Source: Octopus sinensis (taxonomy: Eukaryota). Taken from it: a DNA stretch of 12,294 bases. A model generated the notes under the pieces. The model did not search any database and had not been told where the DNA came from. It saw nothing but the letters and a program-made list of their open reading frames with translations. The DNA lies in the NCBI RefSeq assembly GCF_006345805.1, contig NW_021826646.1:1-12294 (forward strand), in the 5' to 3' direction. Below, in pieces: positions 1-8,682 of this stretch. Each line of letters opens with the position of its first letter. Within the stretch, counting starts at the first letter, position 1. The translations under genes and the position numbers were made by a program.

Positions 1-238
1 AAAACATGCAGGACATATAGATATAAATCACCACACTCACAGAATCTAATATATAATCATAAAAATACATTAGATGGAAATAAGAAGCATAGTCATTATT
101 GTAGTATTTTATTAGCTGAAAATCTTGGTTAAGTACTGAGATAATAGGTTTAAGTGGAAGAGAAGTTGCAATATTAAATGTCCCTTAATGTGGTGCAAAG
201 TACAAAAAAGAAAAATTCGAAAACTGTGTCGGCAGACA

Positions 239-448
239 CTTTTTACTCTTTTACTTGTTTCAGTCATTTGACTGCGGCCATGTTGAGCACCGCCTTTAGT
301 CGAGCAAATCGACTCCAGGACGTATTCTTTGTAAGCCTAGTACTTATTCTATCGGTCTCTTTTGCCGAACCGCTAAGTTACGGGGACGTAAACACACCAG
401 CATCGGTTGTCAAGCAATGTTGGGGGGGGGACAAATACAGACACACAA

Positions 449-497
<49 letters not shown>

Positions 498-664
498 CGA
501 CGGGATTCTTTTCAGTTTCCGGCTACCAAATCCACTCACAAGGCTTTGGTCGTCCCGAAGCTATAGTAGAAGACACTTGCCCAAGGTGCCACGCAGTGGG
601 ACTGAACCCGGAACCATGTGGTTCGTAAGCAAACTACTTACCACACAGCCACTCCTGCACCTAT
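239..664 (-). mobile_element. tRNA-derived SINE, family A, full-length copy A1 (Pol III head + CORE-like segment + internal CA/TA microsatellite + 3' tail)
   Basis: The reverse complement reads taggtgcaggagTGGCTGTGTGGtaag...ccGGTTCAGTCCC-type head (A box, B box GGTTCAGTCCC), then accttgggcaagtgtcttc (MIR/CORE-like), a TA/TG microsatellite, and the tail ggcggtgctcaacatggccgcagtcaaatgactgaaacaagtaaaagagtaaaa. It is about 90% identical by eye to the + strand copy at 2181-2598. Confidence 0.92.
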
Positions 665-690
665 GGAAGTTGTATTTCGTCTGTTGCTAT

Positions 691-859
691 GTAAGCACAC
701 CAGCATCGGTTGTCAAGCGACAGACACACAAACATACACAAACACACACACATACACACACACCGAAGCATAGTAGAAGGACAATTGCCCAAGGTGCAGT
801 GGGAATGACCCGGACCGTGGTGGTTAACAAGCTATTTCCACACAGCCACTCTTGCGCCT
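691..859 (-). mobile_element. SINE family A, shortened and internally deleted copy A2
   Basis: cacaccagcatcggttgtcaagc (696-718) and atagtagaagg..ttgcccaaggtgcagtggga..ccacacagccactcttgcgcct align with A1, with multiple small deletions. The 3' tail is missing. Confidence 0.85.
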
Positions 860-930
860 TAAACATAAACAAGCACGGTTCTTCTAAGTTAATATGTTAA
901 AATTTGAGAGAAATTTAAAATCTACGTAAC

Positions 931-1164
931 AGGCGCAATGGCCTAGTGGTTAGGGCAGCGGACTCGCGGTCGCAGGATCGCGGTTTCGATTCTCAGAACG
1001 GGCGTTGTGTGTGTTATGAGCGAAGCAAACACCTAAAACTCTACGAGGCCGGCCGGGGTGGTGATCCCTTGCTGTACTCTTTCACCACACTGGCGGTGCC
1101 CCAGCATGGCCACAGCTCAAGAGCTGAAACTGGAAAAAACAAAAAAAAAACAAAAAAAAAAAAA
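931..1164 (+). mobile_element. tRNA-derived SINE, family B 5' part fused to an A-like 3' tail and A-rich end (copy B1)
   Basis: A box TGGCCTAGTGG (939-949) and B box GGTTTCGATTC (982-992). 931-1089 matches 1377-1540 of copy B2. From 1090 the sequence switches to ggcggtgccccagcatggccacagctc..gctgaaact, followed by an A-rich tract ending at 1164. Confidence 0.88.
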
Positions 1165-1336
1165 TATCGGAGACAGAACTGTTAGAATCAGTAAATCTGA
1201 TTGTTATTTGTGAATGAAAGACTTCAAGTCCAGTCATTGCTGGATTTAAGGTCTTTCAAAAGTATGAAGTGAAATGCAATTCCAGTATATCATAATCGTT
1301 TATCTCATGTAGTATAAGCAGAATTTAAGACTTATC

Positions 1337-1929
1337 TATCTTTTCTTTTATCTGATATCTGTTATTTGTTTCAGGGAGGCGCAATGGCCCGGTGGTTAGG
1401 GCAGCGGACTCGCGGTCATAGGATCGCGGTTTCGATTCCCGTTGTGAGTGTTTATTGAGCGAAAACACATAAAGCTCCACGACGCTCCGGCAGAGGATGG
1501 TGGTGATCCCTGCTGTACTCTTTCACCACAACTTTCTCTCACTCTTTCTTCCTGTTTCTCTTGTAACTGTATTTCTAAGAGCCGGCCTTGTCACTCTCTG
1601 TGTCACGTTGAATATCCCCGAGAACTGCGTTAAGGGTACACGTGTCTGTGGAGTGCTCAGCCACTTACACGTTAATTTCACGAGCAGGCTGTTCCGTTGA
1701 TCGGATCAACCGGAACCCTCGTCGTCGTAACCGACGGAGTGCTTCTATTATCTATTTGTTTTAGACCGGGACATTGCCTTGAACAATTTTTAATGGAATG
1801 AATCGACCCCAGTACTGTCTTTTTAAAGCCTGGTACTTATTCTATCGATCTCTTGCCGAACCGCTAAATTAAGGAGACACCGGTTGTCAAACGATAATGG
1901 GACATACACACGCACGCACGCACACACAA

Positions 1930-1970
<41 letters not shown>

Positions 1971-2142
1971 ACACACACACACTTCTTTCAGTTTCTGTCT
2001 ACCAAATCTACTCGCAAAGCTTTGGTCAGCTCGAGGCTATAGTAGAAGACGCTTGCCCAAGATGCCACGCAGTGGGACTGAACTCGGAGCCATTGTGATT
2101 GGGAAGCAAACTTATTACCACACAGCCACATCTGCTCCTGCA
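1337..2142 (-). mobile_element. SINE family A, older copy A3, interrupted near its tail by B2
   Basis: 1765-2142 aligns with A1 (gaatcgaccccagtac, gtacttattctatcgatctc, gccgaaccgctaa, CA tract, tttcagtttctgtctaccaaatc, gcagtgggactgaac, ccacacagccac). 1337-1374 resembles the reverse-complemented A tail (ttttctttta..ttgtttcag). Confidence 0.8.
1375..1748 (+). mobile_element. tRNA-derived SINE, family B, apparently full-length copy B2
   Basis: ggaggcgcaaTGGCCCGGTGGttagg...GGTTTCGATTCCC Pol III head, shared with B1. A distinct ~210-bp body and tail end in ...cgtcgtcgtaaccgacggagtgc. It is flanked by imperfect direct repeats tatctgttatttgtttcag (1356-1374) and tatctatttgttttag (1749-1764). Confidence 0.88.
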
Positions 2143-2180
2143 AATAAAATCTTAAGTATTTCAATTTTAATAACAGTTAA

Positions 2181-2598
2181 TAGGCGCAGGAGTGGCTGTG
2201 TGGTAAGTAGCTTGCTAACCAACCACATGGTTCCGGGTTCAGTCCCACTGCGTGGCATCTTGGGCAAGTGTCTTCTGCTATAGCCCCGGGCCGACCAATG
2301 CCTTGTGAGTGGATTTGGTAGATGGAAACTGAAAGAAGCCCGTCGTATATATGTATATATATTTGTATATGTGCGTGTGCGTGTATGTTTGTGTTTGTCC
2401 CCCTAGCATTGCTTGACAACCGATGCTGGTGTGTTTACGTCCCCGTCACTTAGCGGTTCGGCAAAAAGAGACCGATAGAATAAGTACTGGGCTTACAAAG
2501 AATAAGTCCCGGGGTTGATTTGCTCGACTAAAGGCGGTGCTCCAGCATGGCCGCAGTCAAATGACTGAAACAAGTAAAAGAGTAAAAGAGTAAAGAGT
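2181..2598 (+). mobile_element. SINE family A, full-length, well-preserved copy A4
   Basis: A box TGGCTGTGTGG (2193-2203), B box GGTTCAGTCCC (2236-2246), CORE-like tcttgggcaagtgtcttc, internal TA/TG microsatellite (~2345-2395), and a tail ending in (GTAAAAGA)-type repeats. Confidence 0.93.
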
Positions 2599-2664
2599 TG
2601 GTTAAAGAACAGGTGTTCGCTAATAGTGTTGCCGTGTTTAGGTCGGTGGTATAAAAAGGAAGAC

Positions 2665-2753
2665 ATAGGAACAGACATGGCTGTTTGGTTAATAAACACG
2701 ATTTGCAGCTACATGGTTTCAGGTTCAATCTCACTGCGCAACACCTTGGCAAG
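2665..2753 (+). mobile_element. SINE family A, diverged head-only fragment A5
   Basis: catggctgtttggttaa...ctacatggtttcaggttcaatctcactgcgcaacaccttggcaag aligns with the first ~90 nt of A4. Confidence 0.75.
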
Positions 2754-2849
2754 GTCGCGTAAATCGAATACTAATTATCAAGATACGTTACAGTTTATGA
2801 TATGAAAGGGATTCACAAACCCCATTAACATGAAGTGATTCTTCGCGAG

Positions 2850-3460
2850 CTCTTAAACAAAGATTCTTTAGCAAACAGAATTTCTAATGTTTTAATCGGT
2901 CAATTTCTCAAAACTTCTCAAAATTTCGCTCATGCCTGTATACCCCATTCCAGGTTGCAGTGTTAATGTTACTAAAGTGTCACAAATATCTTGAAAAGGA
3001 AGTGGCATTTTTGTCGATGGATTCCGAAATACTTGGGTGTGCAGCTGGTAACGAATTTTAAACTTAGTTTCGATGATACCTATATAAACCTTATTAGATG
3101 TATTTAACTATAATTATATATTCAATTTCTTTAGCTTGGCAGCTAGATTTAAGAAGTCAACATTAGAATTGATACAATTGAAATTAGCATTATTATTATT
3201 ACTGTAATTTTAAAATTTATCTGAGTAAAAGGCGGAAATAGTATATGCTAAGTTAGGTGTAGTTGAATAAAATAGTTTTATTGCATTTTTATTGTGAATG
3301 CTATGGTGCTTTTGCTAGAGAGAAAATTCAGACTCAGCAGAGAAAAGAATATCTTAGCCATAGGGTAGCAACTTCAGAATTGTGTGGAGGATTAAGCCAT
3401 GTGCTATTTTTTGATCTATTGCGATTATTTCTGACATTATTATGGAGTGATGTGTAGGTT
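2850..3460 (+). pseudogene. Possible highly decayed L1/Tx1-clade LINE ORF2 (RT C-terminal half) relic
   Basis: Colinear motif-like peptides across frameshifts and stops: KLLKI..PGCSVNVTK (cf. SGYKVNVxKS), KYLGVQL at 3027-3047 (human L1 has KYLGIQL), F..TYINLIRCI, FSLAARF, RIDTIEISI, ILKFI, LNKIV, and GGL near 3387. No clear YADD. AT-rich DNA can produce such matches by chance. Confidence 0.4.
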
Positions 3461-4025
3461 ATTTTACCATTAATTATCTTCTCATCTTAGCATCATTATA
3501 ATATGAAGTACAGTCAATAAAGATATGTTAATTACTAGATATGTTTAAAATTTCATGTCAGATAATGCACACACATGTATGTGTTATTTAGTATTAATTG
3601 ATCAGATTATTGAAAAACAAATATTGATGATGGGATTCTACATTTAGTAGAGTATCTTAACACGTTTTTAGTTATTTTGAAGGCTCTTGAATTTAATCTA
3701 CCCCATTCCTACTGACCATAACTGTGTGTTCTCCCATCCCACCTTCTAGTACTGATTGATCATCCATTGTTTTCTTCCTGTACCTCATTCTCTTTCTCAC
3801 TCTCATGTTAATCGTCTCCTTCTTTCTTGTGTCTTTGATCATTAGTATCTGTGAATCTTTAATCCATCTCCTTGATTTCCAACAACAATATAACCTACCC
3901 AGTAACCAGTTCACTTCTTGTGAAAACTTGTCTGATATAAGGTTAAAAGTGAATTCATTATTTAAAATTTCCCTCATTAATTAAGCTGTTAAAGGCAAAA
4001 CTTTTTAATCTTATTAGGAAGTAAA

Positions 4026-4199
4026 CTTGCATTTATTCCGGTTTTACGCCCAGAGTTCAAAAGCTCTAAGGTCAACTTTGCCTTTCATCCTTTGAGGTCG
4101 ATAAAATAAGTACGAGTTTGAGTCTTGCAGGTCAATGTAATCAACTTCCCTCTCACCTCAAAATTGCTGGCTTCGTGCCAAAAATTAGAAAGAATGATT
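4026..4199 (+). mobile_element. Decayed SINE of a third family (C), 5'-truncated or degenerate
   Basis: B-box-like gagttcaaa (~4053-4061), then aggtcaactttgcctttcatcctttgaggtcgataaaataagtac..ggtcaatgtaatcaactt..aaaattgctggcttcgtgccaaaaattagaaag. I recall this as an abundant octopus SINE (unverified). It shares a module with family A. Confidence 0.7.
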
Positions 4200-4215
4200 T
4201 GGCCTTCTAATCCTT

Positions 4216-5400
4216 TTACACTAAAGGAATGCGTAGTGTTTCGATGAATTTCCCCCAAATGCATCAATTATGTGCTATCTCTCTTAAGTCACCCCAACAT
4301 TCTTCCTTCGCTTTCCACTGTATCGTTTTTAACTAAGGTTCTTACAGTCTCTGTCTCTCTTTTCTACCATTTCTGTCCAACTGAGAACATCTCGAACTAG
4401 ACTTTCAACTCATCACTAGATGTCTCCCACCAATATTCGCCGCGCGATCTTTTAAAGTTATCAGTTGGTATTATTTCAACCCCATCTTTTGCTCTCTCAC
4501 CAGTCGAGTGATCTTGTTACCCGATTCTTAATATTCTGCGTAAGGCGTTATGTTAAGAAAAAACAAACAAGCAAAAAAACTAGGAATTCAGCGTTCGATA
4601 TAGCAGTATCGTGCCAAGATCGATATCCATAAAGTAATATTGATCTTACCAAGAATATATAAAATTTTACCTTGCTGTGTGTTGAAAAACAGTTGGACTT
4701 CTTTATTATGTTTTAACATGCCTATTGGTTGTTCTACTTAGACCACTGTATCACTTTTAACATGCTTGTTCCTTGATCTGCTTTTTGAATTCTTTCCCCA
4801 AACTCCAAACTATATGAAACATTACCTGCTTTCATAGTTGCCAAGTACTTAAAGTGATCTGCGGTCTTTATTATTTTTCCTTCCACGCAACAAATGGATC
4901 GATTGGCACAATTTATATACATTATTTCTGTCTTTGAACAATTAATAGCCAGCCAAACCATACTTTCCTCTTTTCTTAACCTACACAACGTTAGTTGCAT
5001 TTCATTTATTGTTCTTGAAATCATCATCAGCTCGTCATCATAATCTGATCAAGATCAGCGTCTTACAATCCTTCCCTCGTCTTCCCTACAAAATTCCTTC
5101 ATCATATAATTAAACCAACCACCATCACAAAAAGTAGGGAGGAACAGTAGCCTCCCTGAATAACACCAGCACTTGACCTTAAAACATTCATTACAAGTTC
5201 CAGACACCATGATCTGATCAAGTTCCTTCAAGCAACGCTGAAATTACGTCAATACATTTTCGAGGCAGCCTATGTCTTCTTATTATCTATGATAATGCTT
5301 ATTGTGATTTACAACCAAAATCCTTCCGGAAATAAGCACGACATTGACGTTACAGCAGCGTTATTTATTTTGCCAGTTATATAACATGGCCTTACCGTCT
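4216..5400 (-). pseudogene. RTE-clade non-LTR retrotransposon ORF2 relic (RT domains through the C-terminus), multiple stops and frameshifts
   Basis: Colinear motifs read by hand on the minus strand: VNHNK..IIRRHRLPRKCIDVISALLEGT; NECFKV-SAGVIQGGYCSSLLFVMVV (GVRQG motif, 5153-5167); SDYDDELMM (YADD equivalent, 5031-5042); LAINCSKTEIM; HFKYLA (FKYL at 4842-4853); KVKFYIFLVRSILLYGYRSW (ILLYG at 4626-4640); HNALRRILRIG*QDH (LRRILRI at 4523-4543); WW-HLV; VRDVLSWT; WGDLREIAHN*CIWGKFIETL; stop at 4216-4218. Includes track ORF 4734..5027. Confidence 0.88.
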
Positions 5401-5607
5401 GTCGTATCGCTGCCCCTGAATATATATATATATATATATATATGCATATGTATACAAATACGTACATATATGCATGCGCGCGTGTATAAATTACATTGTG
5501 GAAGAAACCATATTATGTATGAGAACACAATCTGTTATATTTATTAGACGTTCATTTCTTAAGGTGTTAATTTTCCCGCTCATCTGCAAAAGAGTTTTGT
5601 TGCAATT

Positions 5608-5642
5608 TATGTATGTATATATGATGTATTTATGTATGTATG

Positions 5643-5674
<32 letters not shown>

Positions 5675-5794
5675 TGTATGTATGTATGTATGTATGTATT
5701 TATGTTATATAATGTATGTATGTATGTATGTATTATGTATGTATTATGTATGGTATGTATGTGTGTATGCATGTATGTGTGTATGTATGTATGT
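5608..5794. repeat. (TATG)n tetranucleotide microsatellite with interruptions
   Basis: Direct reading; near-perfect core at ~5647-5698. Confidence 0.97.
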
Positions 5795-5819
5795 TAGTCC
5801 GTATCTTTCTCTCTATAAA

Positions 5820-6540
5820 TGTATACGCATACATATACATACTTACACGTGTACTTATGCACATTTATGTGTGTGTAATATATATATATATGCATGCATA
5901 CATACATACATACATACATTCATACATATTATACATACCTTCAGATAGGACGCTGATATATATATATGTATGTATACATATATGTGTACACATACTTTTA
6001 TGTGTATATATATATGTATATATACATATATATGAGTGTATATATATATAATATATAATATAATATATATATATATATATATATAAATAATGGTGTGTAC
6101 GTGAGTGCGTATGTGTGTGTGTGTATATATATATATAGTTGTATATGTTCGTGCATACGGAAAGATGTATGTAAATTGACATATCAGCAGAAAATGTAAA
6201 ATTTTCTCTCTGAAAAAATCGATCAATTGATTCTTTCATCCAAGTCATCTATCTCTGTAGACATTCGTTAGCAATTACTTATGTGTAACCATATAAACAT
6301 ACATATAAATATACGTGCATACTTGTACAAATACACACACACACACACACATACATACACACACGCACAAACATATATATATATACACAGGCATACACAC
6401 ATACATGTAGCTATATATGATTATACAGACACATTTACATATACACGTATACGTAAGTGCATTCTGCTATGAAAACAGACACATGTTAGTAGACTCTCTC
6501 TCTCTCTCTATCTCCCCCCACACAAATGTGTGTGTATATA

Positions 6541-6607
<67 letters not shown>

Positions 6608-6666
6608 ACCAACCATGATATTTTGTCTTTACATGAAACTCTCTTTCTCTCTCGGTGTCTCTCTTC

Positions 6667-6713
<47 letters not shown>

Positions 6714-7164
6714 TATATATATTTATATCAAATATATATATTATATATAACTATATATGTATATATATGCATATATATTCTATGTTTTGGTGCGTATGCG
6801 TGAACTAAAACACGTAATTACTGAAAATAGGTACATATATATACATATATGTATACATACGTATAAATATATGCATATATATACATACATGTTTACATAT
6901 GTATATACACACATATAAATATATAGATATATACGTAAGTACATATATATGTGCGTATACATATATATATATATATATATACATGTATGTATGCATATAT
7001 ACATACATACATATTTACATATATGTATATATTTCTACATATATACATACACAAATGATGTATCGGTATACTTAAGTCTGTATATGTATTGCATAATATA
7101 AATATACATACACCATTCATATATTAATATATATATAATGTAATATATTATATATATATATATC

Positions 7165-7198
<34 letters not shown>

Positions 7199-7214
7199 AT
7201 ATAATATATATATT

Positions 7215-7256
<42 letters not shown>

Positions 7257-7480
7257 CACATACATGAGGGCAACACCACAAATGTATGTATCTAAATATG
7301 CATATACTTAGGTTTGCTTAATTACTATGAAAACGTATGTAAAATATATAGATACGTATATACACGTATAGTTGCACGTGTAAACACCCACAAATTGATG
7401 TACTTGTGCGTGCGTGTATATGTTTATACACACACACACGCATATATATATATATATGTATGTATTTAATATATTAGATA
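5820..7480. repeat. Compound (TA)n/(CA)n/(TG)n/(CT)n/(CATA)n microsatellite field with short unique spacers
   Basis: Pure TA runs at ~6550-6604, 6670-6706 and 7150-7250; CA at 6330-6365; CT at 6494-6510. Confidence 0.95.
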
Positions 7481-7548
7481 TCTGCGTCTCTTCATTTATG
7501 TGTATACATACGGCATAGAAGCCGAACTATTCAAATATTACCTAACAA

Positions 7549-8110
7549 CTACATACATATATACATACATACATGCATACATACGTATACATACATACAT
7601 ACGTATACATACATACATACATGCATACATACGTATACATACATACATACATACATACGTATACATACATACATACATGCATACATACGTATACATGCAT
7701 ACATACATACATACATCAATACATACATACATACATACATACATACATACTCATACGGTACATCATACCTACATACATACATACATGCATACAAACGTAA
7801 CAATACATACATACATACATACATACATACATACATACATACATACAGACGTATACATACATACATACATACATACATACATCATTCATACATACATACA
7901 ACATACATACCTACATACATACATACATACATACATACATACATACATACTCATAATACATTCATACATACATACATACATACGTATACATACATACATA
8001 CATACATTCATACATACATACATACATACATACATACATACATACATACATACATACATACATACATACATACATACATACATACATACGTATGTATACA
8101 AGCATACATA
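7549..8110. repeat. Long (TACA/CATA)n tetranucleotide array with recurring tacg/tgca variant units
   Basis: Direct reading; this array is the source of track ORF 7500..8171 and of several minus-strand MYVC ORFs. Confidence 0.97.
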
Positions 8111-8197
8111 CATATATACACAAACATTCGCACATACACTCACGCACATACATACTGATATGAACACATAAACCCGAACACATTTAGAAATATAATA

Positions 8198-8198
<1 letters not shown>

Positions 8199-8234
<36 letters not shown>

Positions 8235-8588
8235 CACACATATTATATATACCCACTCAGAACACATATTCGCATACACACATTGTCCGCTGATTACTTA
8301 TCAGACTCTATTGATCCCTTAACTAACGAAAGAAAGGAAAAAAAAAAAGAGTGGAGGTGTGCAGATAAATGTATGTATGTCTCTCTCTCTCTCACTCTCT
8401 CCCTCTTTCTCTCTCTCTGCTCTCTACCTCTCGGTCTGCGTGTTACTGTTTCTCTGTCTCTCTCTCTTTCTCAATCAATCTCACTCTTTGTGTCTCTATC
8501 ACTGTCTTTACTTCTCTGCATCTCTCTCTCTCTCTCTCTCTCTCTCCCACATATTCCCTTTTCATCGCTTCTCATTATATATATATAC

Positions 8589-8682
<94 letters not shown>

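Noticed and set aside
178-900. 240-aa ORF as a protein-coding gene
   Set aside because: About 85% of it is the antisense of two SINE A copies plus CA/TA microsatellites (HTHT/YIYI runs), and it has no recognisable domain. It is kept only as an exonisation lead.
932-1005. tRNA genes at the heads of families A and B
   Set aside because: A and B boxes are present, but there is no complementary acceptor stem, and each head runs into a SINE body shared between dispersed copies.
1180-1340. miR-71/miR-2 cluster
   Set aside because: Only the first 8 nt match miR-71, and no miR-2-like TATCACAGCC sequence is present. The cacagcc strings in the window belong to SINE heads.
2649-2660. TATA-box-like gtataaaaagg
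   Set aside because: It is an isolated motif in AT-rich inter-SINE sequence, with no downstream gene or initiator support.
2780-2960. YVTVYDMKG peptide reminiscent of CRAL-TRIO domains
   Set aside because: The match is very short, there is an in-frame stop five codons later, and no supporting splice structure.
2954-3047. Candidate 94-nt exon cag|GTTGCAGTG...GCAGCTG|gtaacg (VAVLMLLKCHKYLEKEVAFLSMDSEILGCAA)
   Set aside because: No recognisable protein and a mediocre donor. The same bases are explained at least as well by the KYLGVQL LINE-like reading in another frame.
6217-6238. Short palindrome atcaattgat within aatcgatcaattgatt
   Set aside because: It is too short and expected by chance in AT-rich DNA.
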